Shown here: one piece after another, positions 29,292 to 43,747 of the stretch
How the letters are laid out: each line of letters opens with the position of its first letter
How positions within the stretch are numbered: position 1 is the first letter of the stretch
Source: Octopus sinensis
Lineage: Eukaryota
Length of the DNA stretch: 64,000 nucleotides
NCBI RefSeq assembly: GCF_006345805.1
Contig: NC_043000.1
Coordinates: 147,498,001 to 147,562,000, forward strand
Direction: 5' to 3'
The notes under the pieces: generated by a model
What the model saw: only the letters and a program-made list of their open reading frames with translations
What the model was told of the DNA's origin: nothing
Database searches by the model: none
Translations under genes and position numbers: made by a program

Positions 29292-29613
29292 GAATAAGGG
29301 TAAAGATCCCCTTCAGTCATGAATGACCATGGGATTGAATCTAGAAAGTACCCCTGCAAGGCACAAGTCCAAACAAGATTGTTCATGGAAGGCCAGCAGT
29401 CGCCCATGCATACTAGCCTCCCCTCTTCACGCCACTGATGATATCCAAGAGAAAGGCAAAGGCTGATACAGCTTGGCACCTGTGACACTGCAACTCATTT
29501 CTACAGCTGCGTGAACTGGAGCGACATGAAATAAAGCGTCTTGCTCAAGAACACAGCACACAGCCCAGTCCAGGAATCAAACTCACAACCTCATGGTTGT
29601 GAGCCTGACACTC
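29292..29613 (-). mobile_element. tRNA-headed SINE (another family)
   Basis: Minus-strand head tagagtgtcaggctcacaaccatgaggttgtgagtttgattcctggac...tgtgttcttgagcaagacgcttta. Confidence 0.6.
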
Positions 29614-30191
29614 TATAATGAAATTGGAAAGTTAAAGGAACAGTAATTTAGTATTTAAACAATCAGAATCATGATACTTAATCATAAGTGAATCTGATTA
29701 TTTATTTTGTTGCATCCATGAATTGATTCTACAATTATAAGCATGTCAATTTACCTAATTTGGAATAGTTATAAACCTTTACAAGACATATTGGTTATTA
29801 TAAGCAAAAACGGTTGTTATAAGTTTCATATTCCAAAATGAAACATTTTGTAGATTTATTCAATCAGTTCTAATTCAAAAATTTTGAATTAAAAATAGGA
29901 AAACCTGATAGAAAAAAAACCCCAGAATTTCTATATAGATATTGGTTTCAAATTTTGGCACAAGGCCAGTAATTTCAGGGAAGGGGGTAAGTCGATTATA
30001 TGAACCCTAGTGTTCAACTGGTACTTATTTTATCGAGCAATGAAGGATGAGAAGCAAAGTTGACTCAAAGCATGAAGACAGACAAAATGCCACTCAGCAT
30101 TTTGCTCAGCATGCTAATGATTCTGCCAGTTTGCTGCCTTAATTTCAATATAAATAGTGAAAACACTCCAACAAATGTTAAAAAAAGTTAC

Positions 30192-30309
30192 CTTAAATTA
30201 TCTCTTTTCTGTTCTTCACTCTTTTGCATTAAAAGTCTACATTGACTAAGTAGTGGCGACCTTCTTGTTGATAATGCAAGGCGGTTAAAACACCCGCCTA
30301 GTTTCAAAA
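30192..30309 (-). CDS. NDUFS7: NDUFS7 coding exon 2 (mitochondrial presequence; VLKLGGCFNRLALSTRRSPLLSQCRLLMQKSEEQKRDNL)
   Basis: Polypyrimidine tract ttttcttctttctctttttag acceptor and AAG|GTAAC donor. Phase 1 in and phase 2 out fit exons 1 and 3. R/L/S-rich like a transit peptide. A second in-frame AG 12 nt downstream would start the exon at 30297. Confidence 0.75.
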
Positions 30310-32748
30310 CTAAAAAGAGAAAGAAGAAAAATATCATGAAAATTACAGCAAAAAAAAAAAAAAACTCTGCATCATCATCGTTTAACATCTGTTCTCCATG
30401 CTAGCATGGGTTGGACGGTTCGACCGGGGATCTGGGAAGCCAGAAGGCTGCACCAGGCTCCAGTCTTATCTGGCAATGTTTCTACAGCTGGATGCCCTTC
30501 CTAACGCCAACCACTCCATCATAATCATTGTTGTAACGACTACTTTTCAGTGTTTACATGGGTCAGACGGGATTGATTGAGGCAAATTTTCTATTACTGG
30601 ATACCCTTCCTGTAGCCAACCCTTACTGGTTTCCAAGTAAGGTAATATCTTCATATAGTCTGACAAGTTTTTTTTTTTACAGAAAATTGGAAATGAACAG
30701 CATTATTTTATATGATGGTGATGCCCATTTACAACCATCATGTGGTGTCTATTCAAGAGAACACACCCCTTTACATGTACACACATACATAAATATTTAC
30801 ACAAAAGGCTTCTTTCAGTTTCCATCTACCAAATCCACTAACAGAGCTTTGGTCAGCCCCAGGTTATTAGAAATACTTTTCCAAGGTGCCATGCAGTGAG
30901 ACTGGACCCAAGTTTCTCAACCACATAGCCATGCTTACACCCATATAATTTTTAATGTCAGAGTTACACAAGTTTGCAACTGAGTACATGTTTAATTGTC
31001 CCTAATTTCACTATTTAGTATCAATCATGTGGTCAGCCTCTACTTCTGCTACACTCCTAACCTACCACCTTATGACACATTTTCACTCAATGTTTATCAT
31101 CTATAACATTATAAAATGACTACTGGCTTAGTCACTTTCCTACATGACTTGATATTCAGCTATTCATTTTCCAATAATCTTTCACTCAACTTTTCTTGTA
31201 AATTCACAGTAGACATACAATTGCATATACTCAGCTCGTTTCTCAACCCCTCCTAAACTCAACATATATATTTCTCTGTTACACAGTACCAAACTTATTG
31301 AGCAAGTTTCATACCATCTAGCTTTTGCATTAGTAAAGTATCTAAGTATGCGTATATACATGTAAATTATTTAGCACAAAGAACAACTCCAAATTTCTTC
31401 TATCATGGGTTGTTGTCACCAAGCCTCAGAGCAGCATTGATTCACCTGACCTTTGATCAAAGGCATTCCAGCTATGACCATTACATCTTGATTTTTCACA
31501 CAGTGTATTGAGGACTATGTTATCCAAAATGTGTTCCTTCTCTTTCAAGATAGTATTTCTTGCAGGTTGCATGATGGTATATTGTAGCTGTTATATTTTA
31601 ACTATGCTTCACCTAACTCAAGCTTCCTTAGAATCCATCAGATTACAGAATGTGATACCCTATTAAAGACATTTCCTTGTAGATAAATGTGAAGTTTGTT
31701 TTAGGCTAAGAGCTATGTTTCTTCACAAGAAATTCTGACTTCACATCCAAGAACAAACCCCAAATCTAGTCAATTTAAAGTTAACTCTAGCATATACTAA
31801 CACTGTCATCACTCACATACATTCAAGATATATGAATTACTAAAAGCATATTCATGATGCACAAAGACTTTGAAATACAGGCTTAGGTTCAGATTAATTT
31901 CTTCATTTGCAATAAAATACCAGTCTGTCACAGCACAGGAAACATTTCCAGAAACTATTTTTGCTATTGGAAACTGATAGTGATTTTCTTATTCAAAAAT
32001 GCAAATCATCTTTTATAAACCAATGAAAGTTTTGCTGTACATAGTGTCTTTTGGGTGTTCTAAGACTGTCACTATAAATACATCAGCAGCAAAAAATTCA
32101 ATAATTGATTGTTGTAGCATTTGTTGGCTAAACCAGCTTCAAAGTCAACAACATAAGAAAAAAAAAAAAAAGACTATGCCATTCTAGAAAAACATTACCA
32201 AATGTTTTTCTCCAAAACTACAGACTGTGACAATCTGAGTTCATGTAAGACAATATAAAATGATAAGTTAAGAACATCTATATAAAAGAATCTTCTACAG
32301 AAATCTGATACTATAAAATGCTTCCTTTTCTTTTAGGAATTGTACTATAATGTTCACTAGATTGAATATTTATATCATGCACAAATGGTTGACAAAATTT
32401 CGCCAGTTTTCTTCCCTCCTTAATCTTTTCCTTTTCCTCTTGTATTCTCTGCAAAAATCAGAAAAAATGTTTTCTGTTGTAAAAACCAACATTCACAATG
32501 ATACCTTAAGTTTCTTCTATAGGATCCATGCCCAAATTCCAGTTGAATATAATTGGACATTTGATAATAATGGTTCATTTGCTGTGCTTCAAAGAATTTG
32601 AAGTACTTTAAAATATTGATGACAGTAGTCACCTTTAAAGGTATGTTTCTAATAGCAAGAAAGTGCTGTTATTTGTGTGTAAAAAGCATTTCTGTAATAT
32701 TCAAGAAAAAAAACAATAACAAAAAAAACAGGTAACATGAAACATAAA

Positions 32749-32974
32749 TTAACCCTTTAGTGTTCAGATTACTCTGTTAAATGTAATATTTTTTTACTCA
32801 AATAAATTTTAATTAATTCTGCATTATCTTATAGCTTTTGAGGTTTCAGTGATGTGATTGTTTATTTTTAGAATGTCAATGTAGGTTAGGTGTGAGAGGC
32901 TAGATATCACCATTTGAATATAAAACATAGAATATTTGGGCCGGATATGGCCGGTTTAAACACTAAAGGGTTAA
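32749..32974. mobile_element. piggyBac-like MITE (TTAA target, CCCTTTAG termini)
   Basis: TTAA-ccctttagtgtt ... aacactaaaggg-TTAA. An inverted sister copy lies at 19457-19686. Confidence 0.8.
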
Positions 32975-35900
32975 GTGGGAGGCTGAATATATGTAAGTTT
33001 TATGGATGCTGGAGAGAAATGAGGCTTGGTGTACTTGTACTATTAGCATGTATGAAAGAAAGAGCACAAGTGAACTGAGAGATGATGCATGCAGGAAAAA
33101 AAAACTGCACTGTGTAGAGAGGTGATGTTTAGGAGTGGTAACAGATGGAGAAATAAATGCCTTATGCTCTTGGAAGAGGGAAGAAACCCATGGAAAAGGA
33201 TGAGTAAGTAAAATGTGGCAAAAATGAAGTCAGATATCAGGATGTTGGTCCTCACGGCTGAAATGGTAAAAAGATCAACATCAATGAAAATAAGATATTG
33301 TACAATGCTGCAGTTTCAATCTCAAAGAATTTCAGGAACTTGCCTTTCAACCACTTCTTTCTGTCAGCACTTCACCCCACCACTTTTTAAAAATATTTTT
33401 TACTGTATTTACACAATTAGATTTGTGCTATTTCAACTGATTGCAACAATTTTATATAAACTAAACAGTGAGAGAGATTTTTTGCATCTAAAAATATTTA
33501 TTTCAAGAAGAAAAAAATCTCCACAAAGGATGTCAGAAAACACAGAACAATGCCATAATATATGCTCTGTTTATCCTGTTAACTGCATCTTTGTAATGTG
33601 TTACAAATGGATTATGTAGTTACCAAGAGCATGACAGACAAATGACTTATCATCATCATCATTTAACGTCCATTTTCCATGCTAGCATGGGTTGGACGGT
33701 TCGACCGGGGTCTGGTAAGCCATGGAGGCTGCACCAGGCTCCAGTCTGATTTGGCAGTGTTTCTACAGCTGGATGCCCTTCCTAACGCCAACCACTCTGT
33801 GAGTGTAGTAGGTGTTTTTTACATGCCACCAGAACAGGAGCCAGCGCAGGGTGGAAAACGGCCACGATCGGTTGGTGCTTTTACATGTCGCCGACACGGA
33901 CGCCAGTCAGGCGACGCTAGTAACTGCTACGCTCAAACGGTGCTTTTACGTGACACCAGCACTGATGTCTTTACAATTACCATTTGAATTTGTTATCCAG
34001 AAATCCTTAACCAGTAATTTGAAAATAGCATAAAGAAAGCAAGTAATCAACAGGAGGTGCAAAATTATGTAAAAAGCTATAACAACTTCAAGCCCAGGTA
34101 GAAGAAATTAAATAAATTGGATCTGTTTAGCAAAGATCAACTGTGGCTGTGTGATAAAAAGTTCACTTCTCAACTACATGGCATCTTCGACAAGTATGTT
34201 CTACTATAGCTTCGGACTGACCAAAGCCTTGTGTATGGATTTGGTAGATGGAAACTAAAAGAAGCCCACTGTGTGTATGTGTATCATCATCATCATCATC
34301 ATCGTTTAACGTCCGCTTTCCATGCTAGCATGGGTTGGACGGTTCAACTGGGGTCTGGCAAGCTCGAAGGCTGCACCAGGCCCAGTCTGATCTGGCAGTG
34401 TTTCTATACATACATATATATTTGTGTGTGTGTGTTGAACCCCACCACTGCTGGACACCTGGTGTTGGGGTGTTCACATTCCTATAACTTAGCAGTTCAG
34501 CAAAAGAGACTGATATAATAAGTAACAAGCTTTAAAAAATAAGTACTGGGATTGATTCCTACGACAAATTCTTCAAGGTGGTGCCCCAGAATGGCTGCAG
34601 TATAATGACTCAAACAAGTAAAAAAACAAAAGAAGCATTTGTAGCGGTTTGGAGGGTTTTAAGCACTCATTGTTCAAGACTAGAAAGGGTGAGGTATAAG
34701 GTTGTTTTTGTCATTGGTCAGAGATTGTGTTTTTTGTGCTGTTAAAGGAGATGAAATTGTTATGTTCCTATCGGAGACTGCTTTCCACATATCTGTTTAT
34801 GGAGGCAGTGCAATTTGACATGTGGTGTTTAGGTAATATGAGGGTAATACAGATGGTTTGGGAAGAGTGAGTGTTGTTAGAGATTACAATAGGTTGTAAT
34901 GTACAGGAAAGAGAGATCAAATCCTGAATGCATTAGAGTTGATAGACTATGTATCAGGGAGCCCTGTCAGTACACCACAACATCACAGTTTGACAGAAAT
35001 GTTTTCAATTCAAGAGACAGATAAAACTTGGCAATGAGACTGTTTTGTGCCAGACATGATCAATATTTTGCTGATGTCAAGTGCAACAGCAGTGCTTTTA
35101 TAAGTTTCTAAAATATGGGTTTATGTAAACTGTACTGAAGGCTGATATGAGAGAAATTTAGGAGACTGGAGGTTACATAACTATTGTTCTCATCAATTTT
35201 AAGATGTGGAAAGTGAGAGTGACAGGCTGATAATTGACAGGGACAGAGTCTTCCTTGTTTGATGATGGGATATTTTATAACATGTTTCCAAAAATCAGGA
35301 TAGATTCCTGAATAGAGAGTAGCTTTGAAGCAGGACTACGGATCCTTAGTGTTAAACACCTAACCATTTGGTTAGTAATGATTCTTAGTAATGTTTGGGT
35401 TTAAGTTCAGAAATTCTTCCAAAACCTGCTCTTTTTAAAAATCCTATAGTCAATTTTATACGGAAAAAATCAAATACACTGCTCATTCGTTCTCACAATT
35501 ATCTTCAACTGAGTAAGTAGCTTGGCATCTCAAAACTTATTTTCAAAACAATTCTCGTTTGAATTTGGCTAACATGCAGCAGAGAAATTGTCAAGATTTC
35601 ATCGGAGGTGTGAAGGCAACAAGTGTCCTTTTTCTCTGAAAGTTATGAGGAAACAAAGTCGATGAGGTTGGAGCACAGTTGTATAGGTATGCCGCAATTG
35701 ACACTGGTGCAATGAAAAGCCAAGATGACCTTTAAAAGATTTGAACTTTGCAGAATGATTTACCAAACTAGTAACAAATGAAGTATATAAATTCGACATT
35801 CTATTGTTATAACTGTCCTTGATGTATCTAAATATATTGCCACTGACGAGGTACAGGTGAAAATATTTGTAGGAGATGAGGTAGGTATAATCGATTAAAT

Positions 35901-36491
35901 ATATTTTATCAGAACAATGAGAGGCAAAGTAAATACAAGCAGTATTCAAATTCAGCATGTGCAGAGAATATTTAAAACTGAAAAACATTCAAGTAGGAGC
36001 TAATTCGTTAGCTAAAACGTTACTAATTAAATGCTTTAACAAATGCTTTAACGAAGTCGTGGTTATACTAAATGTAAATAACATCGCATCGAGGAAAAAA
36101 AGTTTATCAAAACAATGTCATTAGAGATTGTGATGCCATGCTTTAAAAAATTCCAAAATTGGAATCAATTTATAAATTTCAAATATGATTTTACCGAACA
36201 TGAATACATGAATACTCGCTGTATCTATTGCAGAGTTACATAAACTTGATCGCAACCAAACTGTGAAGTCGTTTCAATAACATTTGCATTATAAACGCAC
36301 TTTTTTCAATGACGTTCGTGTACACAGATATTATTTTATGTAACGAAATAAGCTAAAAGCGGTCAGGAAAAAAAAAATTTTGCATTAACATAAGTGAGTG
36401 TACGTTTGGCAAGTTCGATGAATTATCGATGAAATAGGGAAAAAATCGGAGGCAATTAAAGGTGATGAATTAAATGCGAGGAGAGACTCAC

Positions 36492-36507
36492 CTCTGACGG
36501 TCGCCAT
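36492..36507 (-). CDS. NDUFS7: NDUFS7 coding exon 1 (MATVR + 1 nt)
   Basis: Minus strand reads caagATG GCG ACC GTC AGA G|GTGAGT. Strong donor, 16 coding nt (phase 1), in a CpG-rich region, and joins exon 2 in frame. Confidence 0.85.
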
Positions 36508-36580
36508 CTTGCCCTTGCACTAATCTCCAGAACGAGGCACTTCCGGTAAAAGAAAAAAGTATTGGGTCTAAAATGGCGGA
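36500..36580. promoter_or_regulatory. Compact bidirectional promoter: YY1/TISU-like CAAGATGGCGAC (-), ETS/GABP-type CACTTCCGG (36538-36546), YY1-like AAAATGGCGG (+)
   Basis: Motifs read directly. The surrounding ~36.0-36.8 kb is visibly CpG-enriched relative to the CpG-poor introns. Confidence 0.7.
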
Positions 36581-36596
36581 CGCGCAAGACTTGAAG
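36573..36596 (+). CDS. Putative first coding exon of an unidentified divergent gene (MADAQDLK)
   Basis: aaaATG GCG GAC GCG CAA GAC TTG AAG|GTTTGT, with good Kozak/YY1 context and a plausible donor. Downstream exons not securely identified. Confidence 0.5.
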
Positions 36597-38091
36597 GTTT
36601 GTGATGATTTTTCTTTTACGCTTCTCTACATGTTTTCTTTCCTGTTAGCTTTGAATGAAAAGCGTGTTTGCAATGTTCGTTCCTTTCGCTCGATCTCTGA
36701 ACGTTTTCGTCGGTTATCGTTTCTCCACGGCGCTGGACCCCCACAAAGAAAGTGTTGTATGTATGTATGTATTCATTAGTCGTGGTGGTGTTAGTAATAG
36801 TAGTAGTAATAGTAGTAGTAGTAGTAGTAGCCAGTGTTAAGTTAAGCTTTGGCAAAAAAAAAAAAAATATATATATATAAAAACAACAAAACAGCACTTT
36901 TTTTTAAAAAACTAACAAACAAACAATCGAACAGGTTTTTTTTTTATCATAGGACAGCTTTAAGTACACTGTTGTTGGTTTACTTTCACAATTACTGTCA
37001 CTAAAAACAACTCCTGACTCTTCTGCTTTCATTGTTATTATTAATAATGGTACTAATAGTAGTAGTGGTAGTTGTAATTTTAGTACTAGTACCACTAGCA
37101 TAGGTAGATGGTGATACAGGCGTACATACATACATACTTAGGTACGTACGTACGTACACACATTGTAATGACATGGTTTGATATATATATATCTATACAG
37201 CATGAATATTATTGTATATTTATACAACATGGAATATAATGGTATATATTTCTTTACTGCCCACAAGGGGCTAAACACAGAGAGGGGACAAACAAGGACA
37301 GACATAGGTATTAAGTCGATTACATCGACCCCCCAGTGCGTTACTGGTACTTAATTTATCGACCCCCCTGAAAGGATGAAAGGGCAAAGTCGACCTCATA
37401 ATGGTATAGAAACTGCTTTGGTAGTTAACACCACCACAACCCCTTAACCCCATAAAGTTAATGTTTGTCCTTACTCAAGCCTTTTTTTTTCTCTCTCCCC
37501 CTCATTTACTGTTATACAATTTCTTCCACCACCACCACCACCAACGTGCACACACGGATCCTATATTAGCAATTTATCAATAACACTTGGAAATTCTACC
37601 ACTGAAAAGTGCTATTTGAGTGTCTTCTCTCTCTTCCCATATATATATATAAAATCAATCAATCTATCTATCAGGCACATAGCCATACATGCTATTATTT
37701 CTACATGTGTATTACTCTCTCTCCCCTCTTATTTAAGCTTGTCTTTAACTATCAATTTAAAGATCTTCCCTATCTATTGTCTCTTGTGTTGGCTTCGAGT
37801 AGGTAGGTTATCATTTTATTTTTATCTCTTGTTTTGTTTTTAGTCCAACGTCTTAAAACTAAATGGAAATCAATGTTCGTACTCCCTCGTGGATTACGTA
37901 TATGTCCTTTACTGTTCACTAGTTAATTATATAACCCACCACACGCTTGCTTGTTAACCGTGAGAGTGTGTGATCATGCCTAGTTAACATGTACGTCTGT
38001 AGTACACTAGTTTCTTTTCTTCTCTTCTTTTTATTTATTTTTCTTTTTTTACTACAAGAGAGAAGCGCCCGGTACATTGCTGTTCCGTCAG

Positions 38092-38127
<36 letters not shown>

Positions 38128-38669
38128 CCACTCTTTCATTCCTTTTCTCTCTCTCTCTATCGCTTCTCTCTCTCTCTCTCTCTGCTTCTCCCAAACCAAA
38201 CCGCTTACTGCTTGACAGGTGGACTACTTGCTGGTTGAATTGATTGCTTGCTTGCCTGCTGTTTGAGCAAGCAATTCTGGGTTGCTAGCTTCGCAACAAG
38301 CTCTCTCGCTTGCTTGCTTGCTTGCCTGCTCTTATAAGCTTTTCCCAGCTAACTTAATTGTTGGCTGTCTTTTATAATTTTCGCTACTCTACGCTTTTTC
38401 TACTCCTCCTTTCCTCTTATCTCATACTTTCTTTCTTTCCATCCTGTACGGTTTTTTTTTAATAATTATTATTGTCATCGCTTTGGTTTATTAAACCACA
38501 GGAATACAATATACAATTATATTGCTATTATTATTATGAGCTAAATAAAAAAAAAAAACGATACAATGTTTACTTATACATACCGTTTTTTTTATTATTT
38601 TTTACTGAAGATGTATAAATATTGCATTATACATTTTGTAGATGAAATATTTTTCTGACTAAGTATAGG

Positions 38670-38714
38670 TATGTATATGTGTGTGTATATATATATATAT
38701 ATATAATATATATA

Positions 38715-38768
<54 letters not shown>

Positions 38769-38870
38769 TATATATGTGTATGTATATATATATATATGTG
38801 TGTATATATATATAGTATATATATATATGTGTGTGTATATATATATGTGTGGTGTATATATATATATATA

Positions 38871-38928
<58 letters not shown>

Positions 38929-38944
38929 GTGTGTGTATATATAT

Positions 38945-38987
<43 letters not shown>

Positions 38988-39509
38988 TATGTATATATAT
39001 ATGTATATGTGTGTGTATATATATATATATATGTGTGTGTGTATGTATATATATATATATATATATATGTGTGTTATGTATATATATATGTGTGTGTGTA
39101 TATATATATATATGTGTGTGTGTATGTATATATGTGTGTATATATATATATATGTGTGTGTATGTATATATATATGTGTGGTATGTATATATATATGTGT
39201 GTATGTATATATATATATGTGTGTATGTATATATATATATGTGTGTATGTATATATATATATATGTGTGTATGTATATATATATATGTGTATGTATATAT
39301 ATATATGTGTATGTATATATATATGTGTGTATGTATATATATATGTGTGTATGTATATATATATATGTGTGTATGTATATATATATGTGTGTATGTATAT
39401 ATATATATGTATGTATATGTATATATATATGTGTGTATGTATATATATATATGTGTGTATGTATATATATATATATATGTGTGTATGTATATATATATAT
39501 ATGTGTGTG

Positions 39510-39552
<43 letters not shown>

Positions 39553-39622
39553 AGGTATATATATATATATGTATGTATATATATATATATGTATATATAT
39601 ATATTTATATGTATGTGTGTGT
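38670..39622. repeat. ~950 bp compound (TA)n/(TG)n microsatellite
   Basis: Directly visible. Confidence 0.97.
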
Positions 39623-40792
39623 AAGATATTTTGGTGTGGAGGGATTTAACAGCCACTCAAACGGTTTGTAGATAATGTTGACATAGATTCTCACTTTCAT
39701 CTTATTATTACCTTGTCGCTTGTATTGGCGATAAATACGCTTCTTGCAATTTCCAATCATTAAAATCGAAATCAATTTATTTGGCTGACCTTCTTCCATT
39801 CGCTTTCTTCTATTTTCCCACTTGACAGTGTTTTTATTTTGTTTTGTCCTGTTACTTTCGGTTTCTTAAAAAAAACCTTTGTGAAGTGAGAAGAAAAAAT
39901 AGAACAAAAACAGATCTAGTTCCAGTAATTTTCGACATAGGTGATTGATCACACTATATGTTATTCGCATTATAAAACAACACTCCACTTTATACTAGAC
40001 ATTATACTTTTTTTAATTTTTATTCTTGTTAAAATTATACAGACTTTTTTTTGGTTAACTTTTTTTTTTTAATCTGATGATGATGAGACATCGATATAAA
40101 ATTATAATTGTTGTTAGCTGAACTTTGATTACTCTCTTTTTTGTTTGTTTTTGTTGTTTTTTTCCGTCTCTGTGACGACTGCTAGTACTAAATGATCAAT
40201 CAAGTGATCGTGATATGTTTGTCGATTAATAATATTTTCATTGAAGTTGCATACCGAGCAGGATATATGAATCGCTTCATTGAATAATTGTCATCAATTA
40301 TGACATTATCTGTTAACGTTACGTACCTTGATACCTGTTGTTTATAGTGTTCCTTAAGTTTTTTAAAAATTATTTTAAAGTAAATTAAGGCGGGTTTGAT
40401 GTCGTCACAGTACATCGCTTCTGATCATTATGCTTTACATTGGTTGGTCATGGATATTGTTTTGCGATTAGCTTTATATAAAAGACAATCCTTTCATTTT
40501 GTCGCAGACATCAATATCAGTTAAGTGATTAAAAAAACAAAAGCAAATCAAAACAACTTTCGAGACTCACGCTCTCTCCCTTATTCTTGGATGAGGCAGA
40601 GGAAGCTAGGATAGGGGGAAAAAAAGTACTATTTTCTTAATGTGATTGGGTACTTAAATATTTGCATTGTTGTAGTGTTTTTGTAAAACAGAAACAAAAA
40701 TATTAAAATAATAATAATGTCATTGTTTAAGATTTGACCCAATTTGTGTGAAGCAATTTTTATTAGTCTGACTGCTGTCTCTCTCTTCACAT

Positions 40793-40825
<33 letters not shown>

Positions 40826-41959
40826 AACATGTGTACATCTAAAATAAAACTGAACTTCAAAAAAAAAAATATTAGTTATAGAAAGGTTGCTTGAATATCT
40901 GTTTTTAAGAAAAAAGATCTAGGTTGTAAATTGCTGAATCAGTGTTTTTCGACCTTCCCAAGAGACAAGCAATTAATGTAGATTGTATTCCAGTTTCTGA
41001 ATTCATAACTGGTCGAAGATGAGTTGATTGGTTGAGGAATAAGTATATTCCACTGTTGTGACAAATTGAGTTAGCAGGACTTATCATAGACTGTTGTTCT
41101 CTCCCTATGGATTGTTAATGTAATTAACCACTCTTAGGCTCTATCTCTAATTGTAAAATGCGCATTCTTTTCCACTGAGTTATGTAACTTATGCAGCCTT
41201 AATCTTTTCTTTCTGTCTAGAACACACCATCTAATGTGCCATTGCTAAAGAATGTTCATGATATTAAGCTTTCTTTTTGATTTTTGTTTATAATCAGAAT
41301 TTTTATTTTATTAGCTCTTGCACAATTTTAGAAACTTTTTTCCTGCTTCTAAAGTTATCAGGCATTATATGCCAAACATTAATTTTGAGGACAATTTTTT
41401 TTTTGTTTAAAGCAAATGTTCATTTATTAAATGTTCTGAAGAGGAGAGCACAGATGCTTAAGTCAATGGGCTCTCATGACTAACTGAAATATCAGTATGA
41501 CTCCAGTTCTACATTGTGTCAGTGGCTAAAACACTTAAATCCATTGGTCAACTAAGTCACAGAGTGGGATACTTCATTTTTGTAACAGCTACTCTGTAAA
41601 TTTGTCAGATGATTTCTAAGCTTGCAGTATTGACTTTGAGTTTTTCAACTGCAAAAATTATCTGTAAATAGGCTGGCATCCTTCCAAGGGAGATTTGTGT
41701 CTCAACTGCTTAATGCCACAAACCAGACATGAGCACCAATCTAGTGAACCAAAAAGATATGTTAAAGGACAAATAGGCAATATCTGATGAAACCATTTTT
41801 TTCTATGTAATCAGCAAAATGAAATATCTTTCTTTAATGTCAATGAACTGTTATGAAGCCCAATATACTAAAGAGAAAAAGTTGGGTTCATTGAAAGTTA
41901 TTTTATGATAACACAAAAGTACAAATATTTTTTTTTTTCATATAATATCACAAAGTTCA

Positions 41960-43747
41960 TTTGAGGAGAAAAATGTGTCCGCATGGATGATGGTTCAATT
42001 TCATTTAATGATTTTGCAAAGAAAGAGGCTTGGAAATGCTATTATGAGAGGCTGCTAAATGTGGAGAATAAACGGTAGGTGGAGAGTCTGCCAAACATTG
42101 ACCCAAATGAGGGGCCAGCTATCTGAATCAACAGTAGCTTGCTAGATAATGCAATTAAGGATATGAAAATAGAGAAAGCTCCTGGCCCATCAGGAATCAC
42201 CACTGAGATGCTTAAAATATCTGGCAGAGTAGGATATAGCCTAGTCACCTGTATGGTTAATCAGATTGTCCATGAGGGAGTCATACCCAATGATTGGTGT
42301 TGCTGCATTTATAGTCAACTGCTACAAAGGCAAAGGTGATGCCTTAGACAGAAATAATTACAGAGGCATCAAATGCTGGACCAGGTGATGGAAGTCAAAG
42401 AAATGGTCATAGCTCAATTAATCAGGAAGAGAGTTAGTGTAGATGAGATGCAGTTCGGATTTGTGCCAGGCAGGAGCACAACTGATGCTATGTTTCTGGT
42501 AAGGCAAATGCAGGAGAAATATTAAGCCAAAAATAAACTCTGTACTTGGCTTTTGCTGACATGGAGAAAGCCTTTGACAGAGTCCCCTGCTCCCTTATCT
42601 AGTGGTCAGAGTGATAGCTAGGGATAGATGAGTGGTTGGTGAGAGCAGTACAAGCCATGTACAGATAGGAGTCCACCAAGGTTCAGTTCTCAGCCACCTC
42701 CTGTTTATCTTAGTCCTCCAGGCCTTAACAGAGAAATTCAAGACTGGCTGTCTCTGAGAGCTTCTCTATGCTGATGACCTTGTTCTTATAGCTGAATCAC
42801 TACCTAACCTATAGAAGAAATTTCAGGTGTGGAAACAAGGTCTGGAATCTTAGAGCTTTAGGGTTAATTTAGCAAAAACCAAAATCCTAGTAAGTAAGAA
42901 AACTGACAAATCACAAGTCCCTTCTGGGAGATGGCCCTGCTTGATATGTAAGAAGGGTGTTGGTAGAAACTCCATGTGTTGTACCCAGTGCAAGCTTTGG
43001 ACACAAAATGTGCAGCTGTATCACAGGAAGGTTAATGGATAAATATAGTCTTTGTATGTGGCAAATGTACAGGTAGAGTAAGCACTAAAAATACACAGTG
43101 GGGGAAGGAATTCTGAAAGTGTAGTTACTAAGATAAGAATAGGCTGGGTGAAGTTCAGAGAGCCTCTACCTTTGGTGGTAACTAAGGGCCTCTCCCTCAG
43201 TGAAAGGCTGACTGTGTTACATAGCAGTGAAACATGGGCTTTGACTACAGAGGACTTGCGAAGGCTTCAAAAAATGAAGTTAGTATGCTTTGCTGGATGG
43301 GTAATGTCAGTGAGCATACACAACAAAGTGTAACTGATTTAAAAGGAAAACTGTGAATAAGAGGTACCAGGTGTTGTGTGCAAGAGAGAAGACTGTGCTG
43401 TGTATGGGTGAGTACAGCTGCATAAAGAAGTGCTGAGCTCTAATTGTGGAAGGTACCTGTGGAAGGAGTAGACCCAGGAAGATGTGGGATAAAGTGGTGA
43501 GAAAGGATCTTTTAGATGCTGAGCCTCACTGAGGAAATGACAAGGGACTGGAAGATGTGGCGGTTTGCTGTACTTAAGACATGTCAAGCTAAGTAAAATC
43601 GCTGTCTTCCACACATACAGGTGTTCGGAGGAGCATTCGGCTGTAGAAACCATATCACAACAGGCAGTTGGAGTCTGGGCAACTCCCTGCTAGCCAGCTC
43701 CATGCCAGTATGGAGAGTGGGCATTAAACGATGATGATGATGATGAT
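41960..43747 (+). mobile_element. Degenerate RTE LINE (reverse transcriptase pseudogene) with (GAT)n tail
   Basis: KAPGPSGITTEMLK, NYRGI, MQFGFVPGRSTTDA, FADMEKAFDRV, HQGSVLS and LLYADDL motifs, broken by stops and frameshifts. Confidence 0.9.

Noticed and set aside
38721-39656. Long ORFs of 220-311 aa (YIYI/VCVY-rich)
   Set aside because: Translation of a (TA)/(TG) microsatellite that lacks stop codons; not a gene.
40074-40132. Possible C/D box snoRNA (ATGATGA ... CTGA)
   Set aside because: Too short, no terminal stem and no recognisable rRNA antisense element.
42771-42780. Other CTGATGA/CTGAAGA occurrences (e.g. 42771, 23805, 44354, 56151, 61735) as hammerhead cores
   Set aside because: No matching stem II-GAAA-stem III-NUH and stem I; several are simply the YADD/FADD codons of RT remnants.
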